Assembly: GCA_033764955.1 (NCBI GenBank)
Contig: JANRIL010000031.1
Span: 1 to 64,000 of the forward strand
From: Cyanobacteriota bacterium
GTDB taxonomy: Bacteria > Cyanobacteriota > Cyanobacteriia > Thermostichales > Thermostichaceae
Length of the DNA stretch: 64,000 bases
Direction: 5' to 3'
Positions within the stretch are counted from its first letter, which is position 1, and the number at the start of each line of letters is the position of its first letter. Positions 48,722-59,451 of the stretch are shown piece after piece. The position numbers and the translations under genes are program-made. The notes below the pieces were generated by a model, which was given only the letters and a program-made list of their open reading frames with translations, made no database searches and had not been told where the DNA came from.

Positions 48722-49171
48722 ATGTTAAAGATCGGAGATATTGCCAAACAAACTGGGGTTAGCGTTGGTACGTTACCCTACTACTAGGCTCAAAAACTAC
48801 TCCATGCTCCTGAACGCAGGAAAAATGGCTATCACTACTACGGCACAGAGACTCTAGAACAGGTGCAATTTATTAAGAAAGCCCAATCTCTAGGATTTTC
48901 TTTAGAGGAAATCCGTCATATCCTTGAGGTGAAATTTTCTGGTGAGAAACCCTGTGAACTGGTACAAGATTTGCTGGCAGAGAAGATTAACCAATTAGAA
49001 AATCAGATCCAACGGATGATCCTATTCAAGACTGAGCTAGAAGGGTATCGAGATCTGTGGGGAAAAACTCCTGCTGACCAAGAACTTTCTCGTGAAATCT
49101 GTCCCTTAGTCGCCAGTGTTCCTTTGAGAGCCAGTGTTGAATCTCTCACACCTGTATTTCAGTCTATCTAA
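48722..49171 (+). pseudogene. MerR-family heavy-metal regulator with in-frame stop
   Basis: MLKIGDIAKQTGVSVGTLPYY*AQKLL..NGYHYY..QVQFIKKAQSLGFSLEEI..PC..ICP; TAG at 48785-48787 replaces the Glu of TLRYYE. Confidence 0.85.
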
Positions 49172-50199
49172 CTCAGTTCTTGCCAGGTTTTACCCTGATC
49201 TTGGGAGCGATAAATTTGGTTGTTTTGGTTGACTGCGTAATAGATGTCTGGATCCTGGGGGGAAATGGCGATGCGAAGTAAAGCTCCCTCAAAGCCAGTG
49301 CCCCACAGATCCCAGGTTTGCCCGTTGTCGGTGCTGCGATAAAGACCAGGAGTCGTTTGCAAAGCTCGATAGCCAACCATGAGCAGAGCCTCTCCTTCTC
49401 GTTGAAGAGCTAGCCCGACAACCGGAGCGTTTTGAGTGCTCGGGATCCCTGTCCACTCATCTCCACTGCTGCGACTTTCAAACAAGCCAAGGCGAGTGGT
49501 GGCAAAGACCCGTTGCGGATCCTGGGGATCCACGGCCAGCCCAAAGGGAGCATCGGTTAGCCCTGCCATAGGCGGCTGTGTCCACGTCTTACCCCCATCT
49601 CGACTGAGAAATAATCCTCTGGCTCCTGAAGCCGCCCATCCATACAGGATCTTGGGATCGCTGGGGGCAATGGCTAGGGCATGAAAATCCACCCCAGGCA
49701 TAGAAACAGACTGCCAGGTTTCCCCCTGATCATCACTGATCTGAAAGCCCAGATTGCCGCCTGTGGCAGGATGTCCACTCCGATAGAAACGATTGGCTTG
49801 AGCAGGATCCGAGGTGAAACCCATATGATCCGCGCGATCCTCACCGACCCAAAACCATTTGCCTGCTTGGGAGCGCTGCAACAGCCCGTGGTGAGTAGCG
49901 ACATAGATCACGTCGGGATCCGTAGCACTCACGCTCAGACCATGCACATGAGTTGTTTCTCGCCAGTTGGCCGGAGCAGGGAAAAGACTGACAGCAGGCT
50001 TTAGTGCAACCGTCCTGGTGGCAGAATCAACTTGTTCCGAAGCAGGAGCCGCATCACCAGAGGGACTAAGCCAGGATCCCAAGCCAATGCCTAAAGCTAG
50101 CAGCAGCATAGTGGGCGTAGCCGAGATCAAAACCCAGGATCCCAGTTTTTGCCGTTGATCAAGCTGGCGGGGAGGGTAATGATCGTTCTGGATAGACAT
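49168..50199 (-). CDS. BNR/Asp-box repeat protein (F510_1955 family-like)
   Basis: HVHGL, VATHHGL, DHMGF, SGHP, DFHAL, repeated SxDxGxTW. Confidence 0.85.
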   Translation of the reverse strand: MSIQNDHYPPRQLDQRQKLGSWVLISATPTMLLLALGIGLGSWLSPSGDAAPASEQVDSATRTVALKPAVSLFPAPANWRETTHVHGLSVSATDPDVIYVATHHGLLQRSQAGKWFWVGEDRADHMGFTSDPAQANRFYRSGHPATGGNLGFQISDDQGETWQSVSMPGVDFHALAIAPSDPKILYGWAASGARGLFLSRDGGKTWTQPPMAGLTDAPFGLAVDPQDPQRVFATTRLGLFESRSSGDEWTGIPSTQNAPVVGLALQREGEALLMVGYRALQTTPGLYRSTDNGQTWDLWGTGFEGALLRIAISPQDPDIYYAVNQNNQIYRSQDQGKTWQELS

Positions 50200-50222
50200 T
50201 GCCGTGCCTTTAAGATCTGAAA

Positions 50223-50882
50223 CTACTGGTTATACCAAGCTTTGCGCCATGCTTTCATCTGATCGATCTCCGCTTGCTGACTGTCGAGAATCGCCTGAGC
50301 CAGGGTTTTGATCTCCGGTCGCTGAGATTTTTGTTGGGCATCTTTGGCCATGACCAAAGCCGCTTCGTGGTGGGGGATCATGGCATCGATAAAGCGCCGA
50401 TCAAACTGGTCATCCGCCGCTCCTAGCGACTGATCCATCCGCATAGAAGCCATCATTTCAGATGACATGGCCATCATGTGCCCCATGCCGGGATCCCACA
50501 TTTGGGCTTCCGCTGGGGCATCAGGATACCAAGCCTTGCGCCACGCCTGCATTTGTTGGATTTCTTTTTCTTGAGCGTCAATGATCGCTTGCGCCAGTTG
50601 CTTAATTTCAGATCGCTGGGATTTTTCTAGGGCTTCTTGAGCCATGATCACGGCTCCCTGGTGGTGGGGAATCATGCCATCGATAAAGCGCAAGTCAAAG
50701 GCAGCATCGGCAGGGCCGAGATCCATCTGCATCATGCCCATACTGGAGTGATCCATCTGGGAGTGATCCATCATGGGCATGGAGGACTGAGCATCGGTAC
50801 GGCGGCTCAGTAGCCCACCTGTCGTGAGGGCAGCACCCGTCAGCAGGGCTAGCAGGCTGAGCACAAGAGATTGGCGATTCAT
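50223..50882 (-). CDS. copM: DUF305 copper-binding protein, CopM-like
   Basis: Signal peptide, Met/His-rich linker, two FDxRFIDxMIPHH repeats. Confidence 0.8.
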   Translation of the reverse strand: MNRQSLVLSLLALLTGAALTTGGLLSRRTDAQSSMPMMDHSQMDHSSMGMMQMDLGPADAAFDLRFIDGMIPHHQGAVIMAQEALEKSQRSEIKQLAQAIIDAQEKEIQQMQAWRKAWYPDAPAEAQMWDPGMGHMMAMSSEMMASMRMDQSLGAADDQFDRRFIDAMIPHHEAALVMAKDAQQKSQRPEIKTLAQAILDSQQAEIDQMKAWRKAWYNQ

Positions 50883-50929
50883 AGGGATCCCTCACTGGCT
50901 ATCGTTGATCTCCACCCTAGAAAATAGTT

Positions 50930-50946
50930 ATGAAATCGGTATGAAA
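50930..50946 (-). promoter_or_regulatory. CopR-like direct repeat upstream of copM
   Basis: Minus strand TTTCAT-ACCGA-TTTCAT, then 10 nt, then -10 TAGGGT. Confidence 0.7.
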
Positions 50947-50973
50947 TCCACCTCTGTCTACGGTTCCAAGCCG

Positions 50974-50990
50974 TTTCATCTCAATTTCAT
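50974..50990 (+). promoter_or_regulatory. Second, divergent CopR-like direct repeat
   Basis: TTTCAT-CTCAA-TTTCAT on the plus strand. Confidence 0.55.
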
Positions 50991-51135
50991 TTCTCTATGT
51001 CAGCCTGTCTTGCAAGTACTCCATCCTTCTAATGGGGAATAAGCGGTAGGCGATGCCAGGGCGTGATATCCTTTTGCCCGTAGTGCTCTCTAGCTGTGGC
51101 TAGAGCGATGACCTATTTCCCTTTGAGGTGCATCT

Positions 51136-51654
51136 GTGATCAATCTCTCTCAAATCCCTGCCCAACCGAAACCTGGCCTCCTCAACGTGCTGATCGAAAT
51201 TCCAGGGGGTAGCAAAAATAAATATGAATTTGATAAAGAAATGGGAGCGATGGCATTGGATCGGGTTCTCTATGCCTCTGTGCAGTATCCCTACGACTAT
51301 GGGTTTATTCCCAACACGTTAGCTGGAGACGGGGATCCCTTAGATGGCATGGTCATGATGGATCAGCCCACGTTTCCCGGCTGCGTGATCACGGTACGTC
51401 CCCTCGGCATGTTGATGATGATCGATGGTGGGGATCCCGATGAAAAGCTGTTGTGTGTGCCGGTCAAGGATCCCCGCTACAAGGATGTTTTGAAGCTAGA
51501 GGATGTTGCCCAGCATCGCCTAGATGAGATTGCCGAATTTTTTGCCACCTATAAGCGCCTAGAGAAAAAAGTAACCGAGATTCAGGGCTGGAAAGGCTTG
51601 GAAGAAACGCAAGCGGTCATTCAGGCTAGCCTGCAAGCCTACAGCCAAGCCTAG
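51136..51654 (+). CDS. ppa: Inorganic pyrophosphatase
   Basis: IEIP.GSKNKYE, LDRVL, YGFIPNT, DGDPLD, DEKLL. Confidence 0.96.
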   Translation: MINLSQIPAQPKPGLLNVLIEIPGGSKNKYEFDKEMGAMALDRVLYASVQYPYDYGFIPNTLAGDGDPLDGMVMMDQPTFPGCVITVRPLGMLMMIDGGDPDEKLLCVPVKDPRYKDVLKLEDVAQHRLDEIAEFFATYKRLEKKVTEIQGWKGLEETQAVIQASLQAYSQA

Positions 51655-51724
51655 GCCAGGGGGGTGGCTAGTCGATCTCTCTTTAAGGATCTTCTGACGC
51701 TCATCAATTTTTTGGGGGGTAGTC

Positions 51725-51754
51725 TAGACAAGCTTAGCTCCCTCTCGCTATGAT
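51725..51754 (+). promoter_or_regulatory. Candidate sigma70 promoter of the r-protein operon
   Basis: TAGACA-N18-TATGAT. Confidence 0.45.
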
Positions 51755-52186
51755 GTATGACTGTTGCCAAGAAGGCACATTTGCACTGCTAACACGGATA
51801 CTGTGGCCTTCTCAAGTAGGTTGACAAGTCCAAGCAGTCCCCTGATTGCTTTTTTAGTGTTGTGTAGATGAACCCAGGCTCTTAGTCAGTCGAGTTTTCT
51901 ATCTTCTCAAAAGAAGGGAATTACTCGCTTAGATAAAGGGCTAGCCAATGGCCGTTTATAGCGGAAATATGGCACTGAGCCGAGAAAGTTTGCTTGTCTC
52001 GCTCTTTTTCAGTCGGATAGTTTAAGGTTCTTGGGGCAAGGGATGAAACCATCTCGACTCTCAGGGGGTTCAGCATCCCAAGTGAGTTCGATTTTTGCTC
52101 AAAGAAACTAGGGATCCCTGATCCTGATCGGAAAGCCGTCCCTATTTCGGGGCAGACGCAGTTGAACCCACCGGAGATCTTGAACG

Positions 52187-52840
52187 ATGGCACTCGGTAT
52201 TTTGGGCAAAAAGTTAGGCATGACCCAAATCTTCACCCCTGAAGGTTTGTCGATTCCAGTAACGGTTGTGCAGGCAGGTCCTTGCACCGTCACCCAGATC
52301 AAGACTCAATCCACCGATGGCTATGCTGCTGTGCAAGTGGGGTTTGCACCCACTGCCCCGAAACACCTCAACAAACCCGAACAGGGACATCTTGCCAAAG
52401 CTGGTGTGATGGAGTTGCTCCGCCATCTCAAAGAGTTTCGGGTGGAACAGCCGGAACAATTTCAGTTGGGACAAACCCTCACGGTTGAAATGTTCCAGGC
52501 GGGACAACAGGTGGATGTGGCAGGAACTAGCATTGGACGGGGCTTTGCTGGTTATCAAAAGCGACACAACTTTGCTCGCGGTCCGATGTCCCACGGTTCT
52601 AAAAACCATCGTCTGCCCGGTTCAACGGGGGCGGGTACCACCCCTGGACGAGTTTTTCCAGGCAAACGCATGGCAGGGCGCTATGGGGCTAGCCGTGTCA
52701 CCACTCGCAAGCTGACGATCATACGGGTGGATCAAGAACGGGGACTCCTGTTGATCAAAGGCTCTGTACCAGGAGTGGAGGGGGGGCTTTTAGAAATTAC
52801 TCCCGCCAAAACTGTCGGGCGAGTGGGCAAGGGTAAGTAA
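52187..52840 (+). CDS. rplC: 50S ribosomal protein L3
   Basis: [27 protein letters not shown]. Confidence 0.98.
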   Translation: MALGILGKKLGMTQIFTPEGLSIPVTVVQAGPCTVTQIKTQSTDGYAAVQVGFAPTAPKHLNKPEQGHLAKAGVMELLRHLKEFRVEQPEQFQLGQTLTVEMFQAGQQVDVAGTSIGRGFAGYQKRHNFARGPMSHGSKNHRLPGSTGAGTTPGRVFPGKRMAGRYGASRVTTRKLTIIRVDQERGLLLIKGSVPGVEGGLLEITPAKTVGRVGKGK

Positions 52841-52985
52841 GCAAAAATGAGTGTGGGGAGCCTTCGGCTATTCCTTCTGCCATTTTTGTATTCACGAGGA
52901 ACAGGGATCCTTCCTCATAAACAATAGATGTTCCGCAGATCTCCAAGATCATTAAGGTTGGGCAATAGGTCAGGGAAGTAAGGTT

Positions 52986-53699
52986 ATGGCAAACTGTGTC
53001 GTAAAAGATTGGCAGGGAGAAGTTGTCGGTAGCGCCGAGCTGAGCTTGGCGGTGGCAAGACCAGAAACCGCCACCCATCTGCTTTATTTGGCATTGCGTC
53101 GCCAACTGACCAATGCTCGTCAAGGTAATGCCCATACCAAAACTCGCTCAGAAGTGCGGGGAGGCGGGCGCAAACCCTGGAAACAAAAAGGGACGGGACG
53201 TGCTCGCGCTGGATCCATCCGCTCTCCCCTTTGGCGCAAAGGCGGGGTAATCTTTGGTCCACGCAAGCGGGAATACCATCTCGACATGAATCGGAAAGAG
53301 CGGCAATTGGCTCTGCGAACAGCTTTGCAAAGCCGCGTCGAGGATTTGATTGTGGTGGAGGATTTTGCTCCACAGCTTGTGCAACCCAAAACAAAAGAAG
53401 TCGCCCAAGCCCTCCTGCGTTGGGGGGTTGCCCTCGATCAATCAGCTTTGGTGATCGTAGGCGACAAAAATGAACAGGTGGAGCGGGCTGTTCGCAACAT
53501 TGCTCGTGTCAAATTGCTGACCATTCACAACCTAAACATTTTTGATCTACTGAATGTGGATTGGGTCATTATTACCCAACCTGCCCTGGAGAGCTTGAAA
53601 TTGAACTGGTCAGCCGACAAAACGAAATCGCCTCACCCAGCCCCCTCGATTCCTGCATCCCCCGTTTTATCCGATGATTCCCAAGGAGAAGCGTCATGA
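52986..53699 (+). CDS. rplD: 50S ribosomal protein L4
   Basis: [33 protein letters not shown]. Confidence 0.98.
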   Translation: MANCVVKDWQGEVVGSAELSLAVARPETATHLLYLALRRQLTNARQGNAHTKTRSEVRGGGRKPWKQKGTGRARAGSIRSPLWRKGGVIFGPRKREYHLDMNRKERQLALRTALQSRVEDLIVVEDFAPQLVQPKTKEVAQALLRWGVALDQSALVIVGDKNEQVERAVRNIARVKLLTIHNLNIFDLLNVDWVIITQPALESLKLNWSADKTKSPHPAPSIPASPVLSDDSQGEAS

Positions 53700-53995
53700 G
53701 CCAAAGTCAGCGTATTCTGGCGGATGTCCTATTGCGCCCCATCATCACCGAAAAAGCGACTCGGCTGATCGAAGAGAACAAATATGTTTTTGAGGTCAAG
53801 CCAAATGCCTCGAAAACCTTGGTTCGCTATGCCGTAGAAGAGATGTTTGGGGTCAAGGTAACGGCGGTCAATACCTTCAATCCCCCCCCCAAGAAGCGGC
53901 GAGTCGGTCGATTCGTTGGCTACAAAACTCGCTCCAAGCGGGCGGTGGTCACCCTGCGAGCGGGGGATTCGATTACCCTCTTCCCCGATGTCTAG
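53696..53995 (+). CDS. rplW: 50S ribosomal protein L23
   Basis: PIITEKA, YVFEV, KRAVVTL. Confidence 0.97.
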   Translation: MSQSQRILADVLLRPIITEKATRLIEENKYVFEVKPNASKTLVRYAVEEMFGVKVTAVNTFNPPPKKRRVGRFVGYKTRSKRAVVTLRAGDSITLFPDV

Positions 53996-54064
53996 CCTTA
54001 GGGGATCCCTTTCGGTTTTTTCTGAGTTTAGGTCAGTTCACGCAAGCATTAGCGGCATTATCTT

Positions 54065-54913
54065 ATGGGCACTCGATCTTTCAGACCCTACACCCCCAGC
54101 ACCCGCCACTCGATTCTTTCCGACTTTGAGGAAATCACAACCTCCAAACCGGAGAAATCCCTCGTCAAACACATCCACCAAAAGAAGGGACGTAACAACC
54201 GTGGGGTGATCACGAGCCGGCGGCGGGGTGGTGGTCACAAGAAGCTCTATCGGATCATTGATTTCCGCCGTGATAAGGTCGGGATCCCTGCCCAAGTCCT
54301 GACCGTTGAATATGACCCCAATCGCAACACTCGCATCTCCCTAGTGCAATATGCCGACGGAGAAAAACGCTACATTCTGCATCCCCGTGCTTTGCAGGTG
54401 GGATCCACTATTCTCTCTGGCTCAGAGGCTCCTTTTGAAATTGGCAATGCGATGCCCCTCGAGCGGATCCCGTTGGGAACCATCGTCCACAACGTGGAAC
54501 TGATCCCTGGTAACGGCGGCAAGATTGTTCGGGCAGCAGGGGGTGGCGCGCAGGTAATGGCGAAGGAAGGCGGCTATGTCTCCCTGAAGCTGCCCTCTGG
54601 AGAGGTGCGGATGATTCGCGCCCAATGCTTTGCCACGATTGGTCAACTGGGGAACGTGGAGGCCAGCAATCTCAAGTTGGGCAAAGCCGGACGCAAGCGC
54701 TGGTTAGGTCGTCGTCCGGAAGTGCGCGGATCCGTGATGAACCCTGTCGATCACCCCCACGGGGGTGGCGAGGGTCGCGCCCCGATTGGCCGCAGTTCTC
54801 CCGTTACCCCTTGGGGTAAACCTACCCTGGGCTACAAAACCCGCAAGAAAAAGAAAGCCAGCAGCAAGTTGATTGTGCGGGGTCGCAAACGGGGCAATCG
54901 ACGCGAAAAATAA
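54065..54913 (+). CDS. rplB: 50S ribosomal protein L2
   Basis: [25 protein letters not shown]. Confidence 0.98.
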   Translation: MGTRSFRPYTPSTRHSILSDFEEITTSKPEKSLVKHIHQKKGRNNRGVITSRRRGGGHKKLYRIIDFRRDKVGIPAQVLTVEYDPNRNTRISLVQYADGEKRYILHPRALQVGSTILSGSEAPFEIGNAMPLERIPLGTIVHNVELIPGNGGKIVRAAGGGAQVMAKEGGYVSLKLPSGEVRMIRAQCFATIGQLGNVEASNLKLGKAGRKRWLGRRPEVRGSVMNPVDHPHGGGEGRAPIGRSSPVTPWGKPTLGYKTRKKKKASSKLIVRGRKRGNRREK

Positions 54914-54982
54914 ACCCACTTCCCTCTATCATCAGCCTCTTTTGCTTTCTTCTCTTTTTGTTGTCGTTCTCCTACGGAAACT

Positions 54983-55264
54983 ATGCCACGCTCCCTCAAA
55001 AAAGGTCCATTCATCGCCGCCAGCCTCCTGGAAAAAATTGAGAAGTTGAACGCCCGCAACGAGAAGCAAATGATCAAAACCTGGTCACGCGCTTCTACGG
55101 TCATCCCCCTAATGATTGGGCATACCATCGCTGTCCACAATGGCAAGCAGCATGTCCCCCTCTATATCACCGATCAGATGGTGGGGCATAAGTTAGGAGA
55201 ATTTGTTCCTACCCGCACCTTCCGAGGTCATGCTGGCAGTGATAAGAAAGCTTCTCGCCGTTAA
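54983..55264 (+). CDS. rpsS: 30S ribosomal protein S19
   Basis: [21 protein letters not shown]. Confidence 0.98.
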   Translation: MPRSLKKGPFIAASLLEKIEKLNARNEKQMIKTWSRASTVIPLMIGHTIAVHNGKQHVPLYITDQMVGHKLGEFVPTRTFRGHAGSDKKASRR

Positions 55265-55303
55265 CGCTTCCCACCCGTTCATTCCGCCCAGCAAGAGGTA
55301 GTC

Positions 55304-55657
55304 ATGGCCTTTGATCCATCCGAAACCGTCGCTATTGCCCGATATATCCGCATGTCCCCTTTTAAGGTGCGGCGTGTCCTGGATCAGATTCGTGGGCGTA
55401 GCTATCAAGAGGCATTGATTCTGCTTGAGTTCATGCCCTACTCCGCCTGTGATCCAATTCGTAAAGTCTTGCGTTCGGCGGTGGCCAACGCGGAACATAA
55501 CAACGGGTTGGATCCCCGCGATCTGGTCGTCAGCCAAGCGTTTGCGGATCAAGGCCCTACCCTCAAACGCTTCCGTGCCCGCGCCCAAGGACGGGGCTAT
55601 CCCATCAAAAAGCGCACCTGTCACATTACCGTTGCAGTCAAGCCGATAGCCTCCTAA
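55304..55657 (+). CDS. rplV: 50S ribosomal protein L22
   Basis: [24 protein letters not shown]. Confidence 0.98.
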   Translation: MAFDPSETVAIARYIRMSPFKVRRVLDQIRGRSYQEALILLEFMPYSACDPIRKVLRSAVANAEHNNGLDPRDLVVSQAFADQGPTLKRFRARAQGRGYPIKKRTCHITVAVKPIAS

Positions 55658-55720
55658 TGCCTGTTCTCCAGACATCCATCCTTTCTACTCAAGTATTTCC
55701 CCAAGCAGGACTGACATTTT

Positions 55721-56476
55721 ATGGGACAGAAGATCCATCCAAACGGGTTTCGCCTTGGCGTTATCAAAAATCATCGCAGTCGTTGGTTTGCGGATACGTC
55801 TCGTTACCCAGCGCTTCTGCAAGAAGATCATCGTATCCGTAACTACATTGTCAAGAACCTGAACAGTGCAGGGTTAGCTGATATTCAGATCGAGCGGAAA
55901 GCGGATCAAATTGATCTAGAAATTCGTGCCTCCCGCCCAGGCGTTGTGGTGGGTCGAGGGGGATCCGGCTTAGATACTCTGCGCCAAGGTCTGCAAAAGG
56001 AACTGGCCTCCCATGGACACAGTGCTGCCGATCGCACCATTCGCATCAATGTGGTGGAAGTAACTCGCGTCGATGCCGAAGCTCGTCTTTTGGCGGAAAA
56101 CATTGCTCAACAACTGGAGCGGCGCATCGCTTTCCGACGCATTGTTCGTCAAGTCGTTCAACGGGCACAACGGGCAGGTGTCCAAGGAATCAAAATCCAG
56201 ATTGCTGGGCGTCTGAATGGAGCGGAGATTGCCCGTACCGAATGGACACGGGAGGGACGGATCCCTCTGCACACGCTGCGCGCTGACATCGACTACGCCG
56301 AATACACCGCCAGCACTACCTTTGGCATTATCGGTGTCAAGGTCTGGATCTTTAAGGGAGAAGTCTTGCCGGGACAGGAACGGGCGGATCAAAAACCCGC
56401 TCCTCTCCAGCAGCCTAAACGACGCCAGCAGCGGCGGCGACCCACCTTTGAAGACCGCTCGGAAGCTGAAGCTTAA
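55721..56476 (+). CDS. rpsC: 30S ribosomal protein S3
   Basis: [34 protein letters not shown]. Confidence 0.98.
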   Translation: MGQKIHPNGFRLGVIKNHRSRWFADTSRYPALLQEDHRIRNYIVKNLNSAGLADIQIERKADQIDLEIRASRPGVVVGRGGSGLDTLRQGLQKELASHGHSAADRTIRINVVEVTRVDAEARLLAENIAQQLERRIAFRRIVRQVVQRAQRAGVQGIKIQIAGRLNGAEIARTEWTREGRIPLHTLRADIDYAEYTASTTFGIIGVKVWIFKGEVLPGQERADQKPAPLQQPKRRQQRRRPTFEDRSEAEA

Positions 56477-56533
56477 AAACTACCTTTTTCCCCACCTTCG
56501 GGATCCCCTCCATAGCCTTAAGGAAGCCCCGTT

Positions 56534-57028
56534 ATGTTAAGCCCCAAACGCACCAAATACCGCAAACAACAACGCGGTCGCATGAAAGGGAAAGCCACCC
56601 GTGGCAATGCCCTCAATTTTGGCGAATACGCTCTGGTGGCTCTAGAGCCATCCTGGATTACCGCTCGCCAGATCGAAGCCAGTCGCCGCGCCATGACCCG
56701 TTATGTCCGCCGTGGTGGGCAAATCTGGATTCGCATCTTCCCCGACAAGCCAATCACCATGCGCGCCGCAGAAACCCGTATGGGATCCGGTAAAGGCAAT
56801 CCTGAGTTTTGGGTAGCTGTGGTCAAACCAGGGCGAATCATGTTTGAAATGGGCGGAGTTACCGAAGCGATTGCCCGAGAAGCCATGCGTTTGGCGGCGC
56901 AAAAGCTGCCCATCAAGGTCAAATTCATGACTGCCGCCGATTTGGCCGAAGCCAATCTGAGTCAGGGATCCCGGCCTTCAAGCGAACCCGAACTTGCTGT
57001 TCCCCATGCTGGTGAAGAAGGAGCGTAA
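56534..57028 (+). CDS. rplP: 50S ribosomal protein L16
   Basis: [18 protein letters not shown]. Confidence 0.98.
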   Translation: MLSPKRTKYRKQQRGRMKGKATRGNALNFGEYALVALEPSWITARQIEASRRAMTRYVRRGGQIWIRIFPDKPITMRAAETRMGSGKGNPEFWVAVVKPGRIMFEMGGVTEAIAREAMRLAAQKLPIKVKFMTAADLAEANLSQGSRPSSEPELAVPHAGEEGA

Positions 57029-57030
57029 CC

Positions 57031-57261
57031 ATGCCAATGTCCAAGATTGCGGATGCCCGCGCCCTCTCGGATGAAGATCTTTCCGAAGAGATTATGAAAG
57101 TGAAGCGAGAACTCTTTGAGTTGCGCCTACAAAAAGCTACCCGCCAGTTGACCCAGCCCCACCTGATTCGTATGTCCAAACATCGGCTGGCTCAGCTTCT
57201 GACCGTAGAGGGAGAACGCCAGCGGGGAATCACCTTAACTCAATCTCCTCAGGAGGACTAA
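57031..57261 (+). CDS. rpmC: 50S ribosomal protein L29
   Basis: ELFELRLQKAT, PH, operon position. Confidence 0.95.
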   Translation: MPMSKIADARALSDEDLSEEIMKVKRELFELRLQKATRQLTQPHLIRMSKHRLAQLLTVEGERQRGITLTQSPQED

Positions 57262-57513
57262 ATGGCTGTTCGAGAAAAAGTGGGCATTGTGGTCAGCAAC
57301 AAGATGCAAAAGACGGTAGTGGTAGCAGTAGAGAACCGCACTGCTCATCCTAAATACGGCAAAATTGTTGTGCAAACTCGCCGCTTCAAAGCTCACGACG
57401 AAGACAATCGTTGCAAAATTGGGGATCAAGTGCGCATCTCAGAAACGCGCCCCCTTAGCAAAACCAAACGTTGGCAAGTATCGGAAATTCTGCGGGAGGT
57501 TACCAAGCTATGA
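57262..57513 (+). CDS. rpsQ: 30S ribosomal protein S17
   Basis: [26 protein letters not shown]. Confidence 0.98.
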   Translation: MAVREKVGIVVSNKMQKTVVVAVENRTAHPKYGKIVVQTRRFKAHDEDNRCKIGDQVRISETRPLSKTKRWQVSEILREVTKL

Positions 57514-57878
57514 TTCAGCAACAAACCATGTTGACGGTAGCCGACAATACGGGAGCGCGTCGCCTTATGTGCATCCGTGTCCTTGGCAGCAGTGGTCGTC
57601 GTTACGCCAGTCTAGGGGATGTGATTATCGGTGTTGTTAAAGATGCTTTGCCCAACATGCCGGTCAAAAAATCGGATGTTGTCAAAGCGGTTGTCATCCG
57701 CACCGTAGACACCATTCGGCGCCCTGATGGTATGAGCATCCGCTTTGACGACAATGCCGCCGTCATTATTAACAATGAGGGCAACCCCCGTGGCACCCGC
57801 GTGTTTGGCCCGGTGGCGCGTGAGCTACGGGAGAAAAACTATACCAAAATTGTCTCACTTGCCCCGGAGGTGTTGTAA
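57510..57878 (+). CDS. rplN: 50S ribosomal protein L14
   Basis: [31 protein letters not shown] 57510 overlaps rpsQ stop. Confidence 0.98.
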   Translation: MIQQQTMLTVADNTGARRLMCIRVLGSSGRRYASLGDVIIGVVKDALPNMPVKKSDVVKAVVIRTVDTIRRPDGMSIRFDDNAAVIINNEGNPRGTRVFGPVARELREKNYTKIVSLAPEVL

Positions 57879-58276
57879 TGGTACGCCGCCTAAAACCCAG
57901 CCAAATTAAAGAACTCACCAAGCGCCCTGGCATCCAAGCCCACCGCAACAGCCTTCGCTACAAGATGAAAATCAAGAAGGGGGATACGGTGCAAGTGATC
58001 TCTGGTAGCGACAAAGGACGAATCGGGGAAGTCCTGCAAACCCTCCCTGCCAAAAACATGGTGATTGTGGAAGGGGTGAATATTGTCACCCGCCACCGCA
58101 AACCCCAACGGGAAGGGGAATCTGGCACGATTGAAAAAAAGGAAGGCCCCATCCCAGTTTGCAAGGTGATGGCCTATTCCAATAAGCAAAAAGTAGCCAG
58201 CCGCATTGCCTATACCTTCACGCCCGAAGGCCGCAAGGTTCGGATGTTGAAAAAAACTGGAGAAATTCTCGATTAA
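57878..58276 (+). CDS. rplX: 50S ribosomal protein L24
   Basis: [18 protein letters not shown] motif, VEGVN. Confidence 0.97.
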   Translation: MVRRLKPSQIKELTKRPGIQAHRNSLRYKMKIKKGDTVQVISGSDKGRIGEVLQTLPAKNMVIVEGVNIVTRHRKPQREGESGTIEKKEGPIPVCKVMAYSNKQKVASRIAYTFTPEGRKVRMLKKTGEILD

Positions 58277-58328
58277 GCTTGACCGCCATTTCGCTCTGAC
58301 CCAGCCCAGAGCATTAGGAGATACCACC

Positions 58329-58868
58329 ATGCCCCAGCGACTACAAACCGTTTACACAGAAACCATTGTCCCAAAGCTCAAACAAGACCTGGGATATACC
58401 AACATCCATCAGGTGCCCAAAGTAGAAAAAATTGTTATCAACCGAGGATTGGGGGATGCGGCTCAGAACGCCAAAGCTCTGGAGGCTTCCATCGCGGAAA
58501 TTAGCACCATCACAGGACAAAAACCCGTGATCACCCGTGCAAAAAAGGCGATTGCCACCTTCAAAATTCGTAAGGATATGCCTGTGGGTTTAATGGTTAC
58601 CCTACGGCGGGAAAAAATGTATGCCTTTTTGGATCGCTTGATCAATATTGCCCTGCCCCGCATCCGTGATTTTCGCGGGGTGAGTTCCAAAAGCTTTGAT
58701 GGACGCGGCAACTATACCCTAGGGATCCGTGAGCAACTGATCTTCCCCGAAATTAGTTACGACTCGATTGACCAGATTCGTGGAATGGACATCTCGATTG
58801 TGACCACCGCCCGCAACGACGATGAGGGACGCGCCTTACTCAAGGCATTTGGAATGCCCTTCTCTTAA
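58329..58868 (+). CDS. rplE: 50S ribosomal protein L5
   Basis: [22 protein letters not shown]. Confidence 0.98.
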   Translation: MPQRLQTVYTETIVPKLKQDLGYTNIHQVPKVEKIVINRGLGDAAQNAKALEASIAEISTITGQKPVITRAKKAIATFKIRKDMPVGLMVTLRREKMYAFLDRLINIALPRIRDFRGVSSKSFDGRGNYTLGIREQLIFPEISYDSIDQIRGMDISIVTTARNDDEGRALLKAFGMPFS

Positions 58869-58933
58869 CCCCAGGAATCCACCCCCCTTTCCGAACCCAT
58901 CTCATCTCAGGAGACACAGAGGTATCCCTTAAT

Positions 58934-59338
58934 ATGGCCCACACCAACGACACCATTGCCGATATGCTGACCCGAATCCGCAATGCAACCATGGCCAGAC
59001 ATGAATCGGTCGCTGTCCCAGCGACCCGCATGACTCGTAACATCGCCAAAGTGCTACGAGAAGAGGGTTTTATTGCCGATATTACCGAAACTGGAGAAGG
59101 GATCGCGGTCAACCTCGTTTTGGGGCTGAAGTATAAAGGAAAAGGTCGCAAACCGATCATTACGGGTATTCAACGGATCAGTCGTCCGGGGTTGCGGGTT
59201 TATAAGAACCGCAAAGACCTGCCACGGGTTTTGGGGGGTATCGGTGTTGCCATTATCTCTACGTCTAGCGGCATCATGACAGATCGGGATGCGCGGCGGC
59301 AGGGTGTAGGTGGAGAGGTTCTCTGCTACGTTTACTAA
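58934..59338 (+). CDS. rpsH: 30S ribosomal protein S8
   Basis: [27 protein letters not shown]. Confidence 0.98.
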   Translation: MAHTNDTIADMLTRIRNATMARHESVAVPATRMTRNIAKVLREEGFIADITETGEGIAVNLVLGLKYKGKGRKPIITGIQRISRPGLRVYKNRKDLPRVLGGIGVAIISTSSGIMTDRDARRQGVGGEVLCYVY

Positions 59339-59451
59339 CCCCCTCGGCTGATCTGAACTTGCTAGATTAATTTTTCTTTCCCCTACCTGGAATTCAGAGC
59401 CTTTGCCCTTTCGTTAATTTGTGTCCGGTCATTGTTCAGGAGTTGTCATCT

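Noticed and set aside
48701..48730. CTATGTTAAAG resembling the XerD arm of dif
   Set aside because: No XerC-like arm at the expected spacing, and the sequence doubles as merR codons.
48863..49171. 102-aa ORF as an intact gene
   Set aside because: It is the C-terminal half of the merR pseudogene, in frame with ATG 48722.
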